Positions 49,397 through 59,357 of a stretch of 64,000 bases of DNA are shown here, piece after piece. Below the pieces are notes generated by a model, which saw nothing but the letters and a program-made list of their open reading frames with translations, had not been told where the DNA came from and did not search any database. Numbering within the stretch: position 1 is the stretch's first letter; each line of letters begins with the position of its first letter. Both the position numbers and the translations under genes were made by a program. The stretch is from Bacillota bacterium (GTDB lineage Bacteria; Sysuimicrobiota; Sysuimicrobiia; Sysuimicrobiales; Segetimicrobiaceae): assembly GCA_021324975.1 (NCBI GenBank), contig JAJPIA010000101.1:81301-145300 (forward strand), in the 5' to 3' direction.

Positions 49397-50404
49397 ATGC
49401 GCGTGTTCCTCGCATTGGCGGTGGTCGTCGGTGCGTTGGTGCTCGTGGCGGCACCGCGCCAAGCGGGCGCGGCGAAGACGTGGATCGTCCAGGTCGGCGC
49501 TTCGGCGAACAAGCAGGCGGACCAGGCGCTGTTGTTCCTCCCGGGGACGATCACGATCAACGAGGGGGACACGGTTCAATGGAAACTTGCCGCATCCGAT
49601 CACGCGATCTACTTCCCGGCGGACCAGAAGCCGCCGGATCTCATCATTCCGGGGGCCGCCAAAGGGCAATTGCTGTGGAATCCCGCCGTGATGTACGCGT
49701 CGCACCAGAAGACCTATGATGGCTCCGCCCCCATTAGCGGCGGCGCGCTCCTCCACGATCCGGACGCGCCGAAGAGCTATACGCTGACCTTCACGAAAGC
49801 CGGGACGTACAAGTATCTGTGCATGTTCCACCCGGGCATGGAAGGCACCGTCATCGTGCAGCCCGCGGGCACCCCGTATCCGAAGACGCAGGCCCAGTAC
49901 GACGAGGAGGCCGCCGCCGAGGCGAAGGCCGCGCTCGCGAAGGCCGAAGCCCTCCGGGCCTCCAACAGTCCCATCGTGACCGCCGTCGGCGGGCATCACA
50001 ACTACACGCTCAGGCTGGTCGGATCGGTCACGGATGGGGTGACGGTCTATCGGTTCCCGGTGCAGTCGTTGACGATCCACCGTGGGGACACGGTCACCTG
50101 GGCGATGCAGGACCCGACCGAACTCCACACGGTCTCCTTCGGCGTAGGCAACCGCTCGTTCGACATCGTGACGATGCAGCCACGGTCGCAGGACCCGCCA
50201 CTTCCGGTGGTGACCCCGGCCACGATGCGGCCGGCCGGCGGGCCGGTCTATCGCGGCGCGGGGCTGTACAACTCCGGGTTCATGATGACGGATCCGCCGG
50301 GGGTGCGGCAATATACCCTCACGTTCATGCAGCGAGGCACGTTCAAGTACATCTGCGCCACGCATGACGACTTCGGGATGGCAGCGACGGTCGTCGTGCG
50401 ATAG
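49397..50404 (+). CDS. Secreted two-domain cupredoxin (type-1 copper)
   Basis: Signal peptide; DHAI...YLCMFHPGM and LHTV...YICATHDDFGM. Confidence 0.88.
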   Translation: MRVFLALAVVVGALVLVAAPRQAGAAKTWIVQVGASANKQADQALLFLPGTITINEGDTVQWKLAASDHAIYFPADQKPPDLIIPGAAKGQLLWNPAVMYASHQKTYDGSAPISGGALLHDPDAPKSYTLTFTKAGTYKYLCMFHPGMEGTVIVQPAGTPYPKTQAQYDEEAAAEAKAALAKAEALRASNSPIVTAVGGHHNYTLRLVGSVTDGVTVYRFPVQSLTIHRGDTVTWAMQDPTELHTVSFGVGNRSFDIVTMQPRSQDPPLPVVTPATMRPAGGPVYRGAGLYNSGFMMTDPPGVRQYTLTFMQRGTFKYICATHDDFGMAATVVVR

Positions 50405-50477
50405 CGCTCAGGGTGAGCGGCGCCGTGCGCCATGCCGTCGTGCCCACGCCACGACGTGATGTGTGAGGTGTGCCGTG

Positions 50478-50699
50478 GTGGATGTGCATAAGCAGAATCC
50501 GTCGGACCTCTTCACAGTTCGCGTTTGGGCCGAGCAGGTAGACGACGCTGTGGAGTGGCGAGGGAAGGTGCAGCATCTTCCGACCGGCGAAGCCCGGTAC
50601 TTCCGCGAATGGACGGCTCTGGTGCGTTTCATGGTTGACCTGCTGACGCGGTCCAGATCCGGCCGCCTCGTGGGCGGATGCGACGAGTCACCTGGCTGA
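50478..50699 (+). CDS. Small conserved hypothetical protein
   Basis: FTVRVW.E.....WRG.VQH..TGE.RYF pattern; RBS GAGGTG. Confidence 0.7.
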   Translation: MDVHKQNPSDLFTVRVWAEQVDDAVEWRGKVQHLPTGEARYFREWTALVRFMVDLLTRSRSGRLVGGCDESPG

Positions 50700-50880
50700 G
50701 CGAGTGCCGGGACCTGCCGCGCGCTTTCACTTCGGCCGCCTCCACCCCATGGTCCGCGGACGGCGCTGGTCAACCGCGGACAGCAGCAGCGCCATCCGGT
50801 TCGCCCCGGACCAGACGAGCGTAACACAATCCGCCAGGGGTCGGTGACGCACCGCGCGATACATGAGAGGAGGAGGCAAC

Positions 50881-51435
50881 ATGAGGCACTGGGGTGTGCT
50901 TGGGGTTGCGGGGATCCTCGCGGTGGCTGTGGGCTTCCCGTCATCAGCACGTGCCGCCATGGGCGGTACGATTGTGCAGAGGACTGAGTCGGCTCACTAC
51001 CGGCTCGAGCTCGACATCGGGTACGCAGAAACGATGTACACGGCCGCGGAAGCCGCCAAAACGCATCCGACATCCGGCGAGATCATGGTTACCGGCCGGA
51101 TGACGGGGCCAATGCCCGGGATGGCCGGCATGTCCGCCGGCACAGGCGCGGGGAACGCCATGGCCATGGACTGGCGCCACCTGGAACTCCACGTGATCGA
51201 CAAGAACACGGGGACGGCCGTCGAATACGCGGCCGTGCGCATCACCGTGACGAATACCGCAACCGGCAAGCGCGTCGCCGTCCCCATCACGCAAATGTAC
51301 GGCCTCGCGGAAGGGTTCCCCGACTGGCACTATGGCAACAACGTCCTGATGCCCCCGGCTGCGTACATTATCGCGTGCGAGGTGAACGACGAGCAAGTGG
51401 CGTTCCATGTGACGGTGCCGGCGGCCGCCATGTAA
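50881..51435 (+). CDS. Secreted Met-rich protein, P19/FetP/Tp34-like metal-binding fold
   Basis: RBS GAGGAGG; signal peptide; HLE.H, M, HYGNNV. Confidence 0.7.
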   Translation: MRHWGVLGVAGILAVAVGFPSSARAAMGGTIVQRTESAHYRLELDIGYAETMYTAAEAAKTHPTSGEIMVTGRMTGPMPGMAGMSAGTGAGNAMAMDWRHLELHVIDKNTGTAVEYAAVRITVTNTATGKRVAVPITQMYGLAEGFPDWHYGNNVLMPPAAYIIACEVNDEQVAFHVTVPAAAM

Positions 51436-51559
51436 ATTCGTCTTACCGAGGTACTGCCGCCTCAGCGAAAGGAGCACACACGTGCAACGGGCGGGGGGCC
51501 GTGAGAGAGCCGCCTCGCCGCCCTGCGGCGCCGAGTTCAAGGTCGAGGGTACGGAGAAG

Positions 51560-51945
51560 TTGGTTGAGATCGTCGTCGACCTCCAGACGCGCCGGGCGAT
51601 TCTCATGCGGCTGATGCCGCGGATGCTCTTCTTCATGCCGTCCGTGTCGCTCGTCACTACGACGGCGGGCTGGTATCTCGCGGTCTGGATGGGGCTGTTC
51701 GGCGTGCGGTCGCCCGAGATCTGGTGGCTGCGGGCGACACTCGCGATCGTCACGGTGATGACGGTGCACGGCCTCGGGACCTCCTGCCGACCAATCTCGG
51801 CGTCTACTTCGAGTTGCGCAAGCCGAAGCCAGACGGCGAACGCATCGGCCGGTTGATGCGCCGATGCATCGTGGGTCGTAGCGAGCCAGACCGTGGTGCA
51901 ATTTGCCCTCATTCTCATCATGGCTAGGTTTGCGACGGGAATCTG
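51560..51945 (+). pseudogene. Frameshifted C-terminal fragment of a membrane protein
   Basis: RLMPRMLFFMP..TAGWYLA / LLPTNL.VYFELRK / ILIMARFATGI* in different frames. Confidence 0.55.
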
Positions 51946-51992
51946 ATCCGACCGTTGGCTCAACCAGAGCGTGCTGGGGGAGGGGACACCTC

Positions 51993-53393
51993 ATGAACGA
52001 ACTGGCGGTGACAACGACCGGCGGTGAGACGATCCTGGCCAAGGAGCGGGTGGACCAACTGGGCGCACGTCTCCGTGGCCCGCTCCTCCGCGCCACAGAC
52101 GAGGGCTATGACGAGTGTCGGCGCATCTTCAACGCGATGATCGACCGGCGTCCGGCGCTGATCGTTCGCTGTCTGAGCGCCGACGATGTGCTGCACGCCG
52201 TTCGGTTCGCGCGTGATCACGAGGCTCTTGTCGCGGTGCGTGGGGGTGGTCATGGCGTCGCCGGCAACGCCGTCTGCGACGGAGCGATCTTGATCGACCT
52301 CTCGCTCATGAAAGGGATCCGCGTCGATCCCGCGCGGCGCATTGCGCGCGCCGAGCCCGGGCTGCGGCTGGCCGAGTTCGACCAGGAGACGCAGGTCTTC
52401 GGTCTGGCCGCGCCGACCGGGCTCATCTCGAACACCGGGATCGCTGGCCTGACGCTCGGAGGAGGCGTCGGTTGGCTGAGCGGCCTGTACGGCTTGGCGT
52501 GCGACAACCTGCTCTCAGTCGACATCGTGACGGCGGACGGGAAACTGGTAACGGCGAGCACGACGGAAAACCCGGACCTCTTTTGGGGCGTGCGGGGGGG
52601 AAGCGGTAACTTCGGCGTGGTCACGTCCTTCGAATACCGCTTGCACCCCGTGGGGCCCGTGCTGGCCGGCATGATTGCGTACCCGTACGGCAAGGCGAAG
52701 GCGTTCCTCCAAGCGGCGCTCGACGTCTCCTCAAACGGGCCGGACGAACTCACGATGAAGCCCGTGCTCCTTACGCTTGCGGACGGCACACGGGCGGGCG
52801 CCGCGAACCTCTGTTACTGTGGTCAATTGGCGGAGGGGCAGCGGATCATACGGCGTCTACGCTCTCTTGGGGCGCCGCTCGTGGACTCTGTCCAGCCGAT
52901 GCCTTACGTCGGGGTGCAGTCGATGCTCGACGCCGGTGTCCCGCTCGGGAACCGCCACTACTGGAAGTCGAGCTTTGTCCGTCATCCGGGCGAGCAGGCG
53001 CTTGAGGTTATGGTGGATTTTATGGCGCGGACGCCGTCGCCGCTGACATTCTCGTACCTCATGCGAGTCCACGGCGCCGCGACCCGGGTCAGGCCATCCG
53101 ACACGGCATTCGCTCACCGCGCCAATTGCTACGACTTCGCGATCATCTCGCAGTGGCCCGACGCCGCCGACGACGAGCGCAACGTTGCGTGGACGCGGGC
53201 GTTCTTCGAGGCGATGCACCCCCACGTCGAGCAGAGCGTATATGTCAACAATCTAGGCGAGGAGGGCGATGACCGGGTACGGGCGGCGTACGGGCCCAAC
53301 TACGACCGGCTGGCCGTTCTAAAGCGGCGGTACGACCCGACGAACTTCTTCCGCCTGAACCATAACGTCAGGCCGGCGCCGCCGGCGACGTAA
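51993..53393 (+). CDS. FAD-binding oxidoreductase (berberine-bridge/VAO-PCMH family)
   Basis: RGGGHG, GLTLGGG.G, DLFWG.RGG.GNFGVVT, YVN, K..YDP.N.FR.N. Confidence 0.95.
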   Translation: MNELAVTTTGGETILAKERVDQLGARLRGPLLRATDEGYDECRRIFNAMIDRRPALIVRCLSADDVLHAVRFARDHEALVAVRGGGHGVAGNAVCDGAILIDLSLMKGIRVDPARRIARAEPGLRLAEFDQETQVFGLAAPTGLISNTGIAGLTLGGGVGWLSGLYGLACDNLLSVDIVTADGKLVTASTTENPDLFWGVRGGSGNFGVVTSFEYRLHPVGPVLAGMIAYPYGKAKAFLQAALDVSSNGPDELTMKPVLLTLADGTRAGAANLCYCGQLAEGQRIIRRLRSLGAPLVDSVQPMPYVGVQSMLDAGVPLGNRHYWKSSFVRHPGEQALEVMVDFMARTPSPLTFSYLMRVHGAATRVRPSDTAFAHRANCYDFAIISQWPDAADDERNVAWTRAFFEAMHPHVEQSVYVNNLGEEGDDRVRAAYGPNYDRLAVLKRRYDPTNFFRLNHNVRPAPPAT

Positions 53394-53989
53394 GCGGCCC
53401 ACGACGCCCCGCCTCTACAACACCCGGATTCCCCCATTTTTGTGTCCCCGGCGCGACGTGCCAAGCGGTCCCCTACGATAAGCTCGTGGCGTTGCTGAGC
53501 GACATCTTGACCATCCTGGCCGACTAGGCCGTGGTGTTACCCAAGTCGGCCGCCGTGGATTCGACATCCGTCGGGGCAGTTGTATCGAACACCGCACCCT
53601 CGCTCAGCCGGGGGCCATGCTTTCAGACGCCATTGAACACCTCATCGGCCCGGGCCGGGCGGGTGGGTCGGTGTCGCTTCGCGGCTTTACCGGATTCGCC
53701 GCGCTGCGCCCGTCGCCACCGAGCCGACGCTGGTTCTCCGCCGACCTCCATCGCGCAGATCCCCCTCCGGTGCGGCGATTTCAGTCGGACGTCTCGAACC
53801 CTGCGGGGCTCTCAATGGTTGCGAGCGCCTGTTCCGGGATTTAGCGACTCATCCGAGTGGAGGACGTTCCCACGTACCGCCAGTTGAGTGTCGAGTGTAC
53901 GCAACTGCCCGTCCCCCGGCCAGAAGTATCCACCAAGTGTCGGGAGGGGTGTCCTTTGGGGTTGCCTGTCCGGACGAAGTCAGAGTGCA

Positions 53990-54110
53990 GCGTGAGAACG
54001 ACAGGTTGGCTCCCTCTACGTTTATCTTGCGTAAGGAGGCGTTTCATCCTTGATCCACCGAGCGACGGTGTTTCGGTGCACGCCGAGGGTTCGCGCGAGT
54101 GAAGGATTGG
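53990..54110 (-). mobile_element. Possible degenerate transposase HTH remnant
   Basis: LARTLGVHRNTVARWIK only. Confidence 0.35.
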
Positions 54111-54378
54111 TGGTCATTCGCTGCGAGAGCGGTATTCGATTAAGGGAACCAGTTGGGGCAAACGCCTCTCTTGCATGTTGCCTGGTGTCGAGCGACAGGT
54201 CCAACCGCCACGTTTCTACCCGACCGAACGCCGTGGGTTCCCGCGACCTAATTCTCCTGTGGACACAAAGGCAGGCCACTTGGGGAATACCCTGGTCTCT
54301 TATCCTGGCCGCCCGCGCGGCGCACGAGCAAGCACGTGGCCTGGCCCTAGATTGATTCTGCTGCCGTGAACCCAGAAA

Positions 54379-54399
54379 CAGTAGCAGGACAGTAGCAAA
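54379..54399. repeat. Putative integrase arm-type sites (right)
   Basis: CAGTAGCAGGA-CAGTAGCAAA; matches 35217-35237. Confidence 0.7.
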
Positions 54400-54429
54400 A
54401 GCAAATGCTATGCTCTCAGAGCCCTGCTG

Positions 54430-54505
54430 TGGTGGGCCGTGAGGGACTCGAACCCCCGACGCCCGGGTTAAAAGCCCGGCGCTCTACCCGCTGAGCTAAC
54501 GGCCC
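54430..54505 (-). tRNA. tRNA-Lys(UUU)
   Basis: GGGCCGT acceptor stem, anticodon arm CCGGG-CTTTTAA-CCCGG, GGTTCGAGTCC, encoded CCA; 76 nt. Confidence 0.97.
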
Positions 54506-54557
54506 ACGCCACGAATTCTACCACGTCCCCCTGACGTTGCCGACTGTCTCGCGCGCG

Positions 54558-56903
54558 TTAGCTCCGCCCCGCCGGCTCCAATCGCTGGTGGTGCGTCGCT
54601 CCTGCTCGGATATCGGCCTGCTCGTAGCGCATGGGCCGCAGGCGCAGCTCGGACCAGTCCCTCGCTTGATCGGCGTAGTGGGGACTCCCCGGGTGGCCCG
54701 ACGCCCCGAGCGGGACGATCCAGGCGCTGTTGCGCCAATTGCCGACATCGAACACATATCGCGCCACCGAGCCGCTCGTGACGGCAAAGCCGGCCGCCGG
54801 CACGAACGACGACGCCTGGACGGTGTCGCCGTCGCCGCCCGCGGGCACGCTCGACGGGTTGAGGACCGCCGCGTTGTCCGGGAAGATCGCGGCGAGCGGA
54901 TGCTTGGGTTGCGTTGCATGGACCCGGCCCCAGCGCCACGTCTCAACGTCGGGGCCGAGCCGCCCGCCGAGATCGGCCGCCGCGGCCTCCAAACTTCGTC
55001 GCAACATGGACGACCAGTCCGTACCCCGCGGCAGCAGCGTCCGGTCGTCTCGGCGGACCCACTCGGGGAGCAGCGACCTGAGCCGCGCGATGTGCCCTAC
55101 GCCCGGGCCCGGCACCGCCGCAAATGCCTCGGCGGCGAGCGGGCCGAGCAGCGGCTCGAAGAGATCTCGCATGAGACGGTCGCGGAACGCCGCGTAGATT
55201 GTCGGCGCCACGGCCGCCGGGTCCATGACACCGTCCCAGGCGCGGAGCTCGGTGAGCGCCCGCTGCGCGAGCGGCTCGGCCACGGCGATGCCGGCCAGGA
55301 TGCCGATCCACTCGCCGGCCGGGATCGAGACGCGATCGGCGTGCACGCGTCCCATGTCTTCCGCGGTGGCGCGCTCAAGGCCGCGCAGGCGCTCGATCAC
55401 CCGGCGCGTGCGGAAGTCGGGCGCGTAATCGAGGCCGAGGTAGTGGGGATACTCGGGTCCCGTGATCCGGCTGTTGGCGGTCGCGATCCATCCGGTATCC
55501 GGATTGCGGTAGGCCGGCATGTCTTCGAACGGGATGACGCCGTGCCACTCGTACTCACCGTCCCAACCGGGCACGGGGAGCCATGCGTTTGCGGCGGCCC
55601 GCAGCGGAACCTGGCCGCGGGTACGGTAGCCGATCGTGCCGCGCGTGTCGGCGAAGACGAAGTTGTTGCCGGGGTCCACCCAGACGCGCATCGCGTGCTC
55701 GAGCTCGTCCGCGGATGTCGCGCGGAGCATGGGCAGGAGCGCTTCGAACGTTCGATTCGGCTCGGCGGTCGCCGTATAGCGCATCGTGACCGCGTAGCCG
55801 CCCCGGGGATCACCGAGCACCACCGGACCGTGGTGCGTGACCGTAACGTCGATCTCGACGGGCTCGGCCGCGCGCACCTGAATGGTCTCGCGGGTCACGC
55901 CGGCGCGCCGCCACTCACCCCGGAACAGGTATCGCGCGGGATCGTCGCGGTCGAAGCGCTCGACAAAAAGGTCCTGGCAGTCCGCCATCGCGTGCGTCAC
56001 GCACCACGCGACGTGACGATTGTGGCCGAAGTGCGGCATCCCGGGCACACCGGGAAACGACAATCCGATGGCGTCGAACTCGGGACACGCGAGATGATTC
56101 TGGTAGTAGACGTTCGGCACATCGAGGGCACGATGCGGATCGCCCGCCACGAGCGGCTTCCCGGACGCGGTGCGCATGCCCGACACGGCCCAGTTATTGC
56201 TGCCGCCTTCGAGATCAGCCTCGAAGTCGCCGGCCTCCGCGAGCAACGGCGCGATCGCCGTAAATGCGCCGAGCGCGTCCGGCGGCTGGCCCGCGAATTG
56301 TGCACCCGGCGGAACGATGAGGGTGAGATTCGCTGGAATCCCGGGACACAGCTTTGCCGCAACCGCGGCACCGAGACGTCGGAGGAGCCGCGCGCGCCAG
56401 ACCTTTTGCTGCCACGGCCCCATGTCCACGTGGCGTACCTTGAACACGGCAAGGCAGTCCCACGGCGTCCACGGCTCGGGGCGCGCGCCGAGGAGGCGAA
56501 ACTCGGCCGGCAACGTCCGCGTGGACGCGAGAAACGCATTGACGCCGGCGGCGTACGCGTCGAGCATCGCCCGCGTCTCGTCGTTCGCGGAGTCGTAGTC
56601 GGTGCGCGCGGTGGCGCCGAGTCGAAGACGCCGGAAGCGGGCGTCCTGCGGAACGGCGGCCCGGCCGGCATACTCGGCCCAGCGCCCGTAGGCGCGCCGT
56701 CTGTCGTACTCCATGTGCCACAGCCGGTCCTGGGCGTGCACGAACCCCTGCCCCACACACACGTCGTGCACCGAGCGGGCCTCGACATGCGGGATGCCGT
56801 CGGCGTCCCGCCAGATCTCGACCGGCGCATGCAACGCCCCCACCGGTACCGTGCTATCCAGGTCGGGAAGTGCCCGGCGCAGGTCGTCTGTCGTCAAGGC
56901 CAT
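54558..56903 (-). CDS. Penicillin acylase family Ntn-hydrolase (peptidase S45)
   Basis: RD..GIPH, QGFVHAQDRLW, GSNNW, DPH, G.SGHPGSPHY.DQ. Confidence 0.95.
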   Translation of the reverse strand: MALTTDDLRRALPDLDSTVPVGALHAPVEIWRDADGIPHVEARSVHDVCVGQGFVHAQDRLWHMEYDRRRAYGRWAEYAGRAAVPQDARFRRLRLGATARTDYDSANDETRAMLDAYAAGVNAFLASTRTLPAEFRLLGARPEPWTPWDCLAVFKVRHVDMGPWQQKVWRARLLRRLGAAVAAKLCPGIPANLTLIVPPGAQFAGQPPDALGAFTAIAPLLAEAGDFEADLEGGSNNWAVSGMRTASGKPLVAGDPHRALDVPNVYYQNHLACPEFDAIGLSFPGVPGMPHFGHNRHVAWCVTHAMADCQDLFVERFDRDDPARYLFRGEWRRAGVTRETIQVRAAEPVEIDVTVTHHGPVVLGDPRGGYAVTMRYTATAEPNRTFEALLPMLRATSADELEHAMRVWVDPGNNFVFADTRGTIGYRTRGQVPLRAAANAWLPVPGWDGEYEWHGVIPFEDMPAYRNPDTGWIATANSRITGPEYPHYLGLDYAPDFRTRRVIERLRGLERATAEDMGRVHADRVSIPAGEWIGILAGIAVAEPLAQRALTELRAWDGVMDPAAVAPTIYAAFRDRLMRDLFEPLLGPLAAEAFAAVPGPGVGHIARLRSLLPEWVRRDDRTLLPRGTDWSSMLRRSLEAAAADLGGRLGPDVETWRWGRVHATQPKHPLAAIFPDNAAVLNPSSVPAGGDGDTVQASSFVPAAGFAVTSGSVARYVFDVGNWRNSAWIVPLGASGHPGSPHYADQARDWSELRLRPMRYEQADIRAGATHHQRLEPAGRS

Positions 56904-57021
56904 CGGTCCCACCGTCCTTCGTTGGATTTTCGCCCATACCACGCGTGTTTGTCCAAGGGAAGCCTTCGCGCTGGGCCAACCGTCCTCCGGCCATGGGGAA
57001 TGCGATCGCAGGTTTCCACCG

Positions 57022-57070
57022 TAATAACCTATTAAAGCCACTTGACAGGTTATATTGGCTGCGCTAAGGT
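57022..57070 (+). promoter_or_regulatory. Sigma70-type promoter with overlapping AT-rich operator-like palindromes
   Basis: TTGACA(57042)-17-TAAGGT(57065); TAATA-acc-TATTA; ATAACCT...AGGTTAT. Confidence 0.75.
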
Positions 57071-57075
57071 AGGGA

Positions 57076-57245
57076 CCACGCCACCCTCTCCGATCGCGCC
57101 GCCGGCAGTGATGGCCGAAGCCCTCTTCTGCGACGCCCCGTAGCCGAGAACCCCAGGGGATCGAGCGGCCAGACACGAAATGCCCACTCGCGGTCCGGCG
57201 CGCTGGCGCCGGACCGCGACCTAGTGACGATCCGGAGGTCCTGGG
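57076..57245 (+). ncRNA. Candidate structured 5' leader RNA
   Basis: Long multi-bulged hairpin at 57092-57195, competing 14-bp hairpin at 57188-57219, potential pairing over the SD. Confidence 0.5.
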
Positions 57246-58034
57246 ATGAACGGTCGACGATGGGCGCTCGTCCTCGGGGCCAGCAGCGGTTTTGGCGAGG
57301 CGGCGAGCCTCGCGCTGGCTCGCGCCGGCTACGATATCGTGGGCGTGCACCTGGACCGCAAGGCCACCTTGCCGCATGTCGAGGAGGTCATCGGCCGCAT
57401 CCGCGAAACGGGACGGACGCCGGTCTTCTTCAACGTCAACGCCGCCGACCCGGAGCGGCGCGTGGAGGTGCTCGCCCGCGCCAAGGACGCGGCGGGGCCC
57501 GACGGCACCGTCGCGGTGCTCCTGCATTCGCTCGCCTTCGGCAACCTACGGCCGTATGTGGCGGAGACCCCCGAGACCTCGATCACCGCGGCGCAGATGG
57601 ACATGACGCTTTCGGTCATGGCCCACAGTCTCGTCTATTGGACGCAGGACCTGGTGTTCGGCGGTCTCATGGGGCGCGGGGGCAAGATCTTCGCGATGAC
57701 GAGCGCCGGCGCGACGCGGGTGCTCCCGAACTACGGCGCCGTCTCGGCCGCCAAGGCGGCGCTGGAATCCCACATGCGCCAGCTCGCGATGGAGCTCGCA
57801 CCGCGCGGCATCGCGGTGAACGCGATTCGCGCCGGGGTCACGGACACGCCGGCGCTCAGAAAGATTCCCGGACACGAGGTGATTGCGAGCAACGCGCGCT
57901 TCCGCAATCCCTCCGGCCGCCTCACGACGACCGAAGACGTCGCGCGCGCGCTCGTCGCACTGTGCGGGCCCGGTACGGAGTGGATCACGGGCGCCGTGCT
58001 CGGCGTGGACGGCGGCGAAGATATCGTCGGCTAA
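57246..58034 (+). CDS. SDR oxidoreductase, FabL/FabI-like enoyl-ACP reductase
   Basis: GASSGFG; Y..V..AKAALES; VNAI.AGVTDTPAL; WITG. Confidence 0.8.
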   Translation: MNGRRWALVLGASSGFGEAASLALARAGYDIVGVHLDRKATLPHVEEVIGRIRETGRTPVFFNVNAADPERRVEVLARAKDAAGPDGTVAVLLHSLAFGNLRPYVAETPETSITAAQMDMTLSVMAHSLVYWTQDLVFGGLMGRGGKIFAMTSAGATRVLPNYGAVSAAKAALESHMRQLAMELAPRGIAVNAIRAGVTDTPALRKIPGHEVIASNARFRNPSGRLTTTEDVARALVALCGPGTEWITGAVLGVDGGEDIVG

Positions 58035-58037
58035 GCC

Positions 58038-59195
58038 CTAGCTTCGCGCCCCAATCGGCACGTACGCGCGGTTGCGCGGACCGACGTATTCCGCGCGGGG
58101 ACGGATAAGGCGGTTGTCGGCGAACTGCTCGAGCACGTGCGCCGTCCATCCGGAGATGCGGCTCACGGCGAAGACCGGAGTGAACAGGTCGAGCGGGATC
58201 CCCAGCGCGTAGTAGCAGCTTGCCGAGTAGAAGTCCACGTTGCAGTGCAGGTGCTTTTCCGCCAGCATGAACTGCTCGATCTCGCGCGACATCTGGAACC
58301 ACTTGAGCTGGTTCGTCTGCCGGCAGAGCTCCTCGGACATCTTCCGCAGGTGCGTCGCGCGCGGATCCTCCGTCTTGTAGACCCGGTGGCCGAAGCCCGC
58401 GATCTTTTTCTTTTCGGCGAGCAGGCGCTTGACCGTGGGCACGGCGTTCTGGACTTCGCCGATCTGGAGCAGGAGGCGCATCACGGCCTCGTTCGCGCCG
58501 CCGTGCAGCGGGCCCTTGAGGGTGCCGATGCCCGACGTGATCGCGGAGTGCATGTCGGCCAGGGTGGCGGCCGTGACGCGGGCGGCGAAGGTACTGGCGT
58601 TCAGCTCGTGGTCGGCGTGGAGGATGAGGGCGATGTCGACGGTCCGGGCTGCAGTGTCGGTGGGCCGCTCGCCCCGCAGCATGTAGAGAAAGTTGGCCGC
58701 ATGGTTGAGCGCGGGATCGGGCGCGACCAGCGGCTGCCGGTGGCGGCACCGATCGATCGCGGCCACGATGGTCGCGATCTGCGCCGTCAGCCGGATGGCC
58801 TTGCGCACGTTCGCCGGGCGCGCGTCATCCTTGGCATCGGGATCGTACACGCCGAGGGCCGATACCGCCGTGCGGAGCACGTCCATCGGCAGCGCGTCCG
58901 CCGGCGCGGCCGCGATGATCTCGACGACCGGGGCCGGGAGCGTCCGCGCCGCGCGGAGGTCGTGGTTCAGGGCGTCGAGCTCGGCGCGGGTCGGCAGCTC
59001 ACCGTGCCACAGCAGGTAGGCCACCTCCTCGAACGACGCGTGCGCGACCAAGTCGTGGATGTCATAGCCCTGGTAGATCAGCCGCCCCTCCACGCCGTCG
59101 ACGAAGCAGATGCGGCTCGACGCCGCGACGATCCCTTCGAGCCCCTCCGCGACCGCGCTGGGACCGCCCGCGGACTGGCCTGGTGTGGGCTGCAT
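58038..59195 (-). CDS. Citrate synthase (short type) or 2-methylcitrate synthase
   Basis: GLEGIVA, HADHELNAST, GPLHGGAN, GFGHRVYK..DPR, NVDFYS. Confidence 0.93.
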   Translation of the reverse strand: MQPTPGQSAGGPSAVAEGLEGIVAASSRICFVDGVEGRLIYQGYDIHDLVAHASFEEVAYLLWHGELPTRAELDALNHDLRAARTLPAPVVEIIAAAPADALPMDVLRTAVSALGVYDPDAKDDARPANVRKAIRLTAQIATIVAAIDRCRHRQPLVAPDPALNHAANFLYMLRGERPTDTAARTVDIALILHADHELNASTFAARVTAATLADMHSAITSGIGTLKGPLHGGANEAVMRLLLQIGEVQNAVPTVKRLLAEKKKIAGFGHRVYKTEDPRATHLRKMSEELCRQTNQLKWFQMSREIEQFMLAEKHLHCNVDFYSASCYYALGIPLDLFTPVFAVSRISGWTAHVLEQFADNRLIRPRAEYVGPRNRAYVPIGARS

Positions 59196-59357
59196 GGCAT
59201 CGACCTCCCGGACTGCGGGCCGAGCGTGGCACCCGGCCCGTACATGATGCGCGAGCGTGCTACCCTTCACTCTCTGTTATGCCCGCTACCTTCACCGTAT
59301 GGCCCGCCGGAGCCGGTGTCAACGCGCGGCGGAGCCGCCCCGGTGACGGCGGTACCG

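Larger units (their letters stand above)
35104..54479. mobile_element. ~19.3-kb integrative element at tRNA-Lys, probably immobilised
   Basis: Flanking att repeats, adjacent tyrosine integrase, matching arm-type repeats inside both ends. Confidence 0.88.

Noticed and set aside
54537-57035. 832-aa plus-strand ORF, and similar long ORFs at 4230-5891, 7189-8961, 47272-49038 and 58137-60512
   Set aside because: Antisense shadows of recognised genes in high-GC DNA, with no motifs
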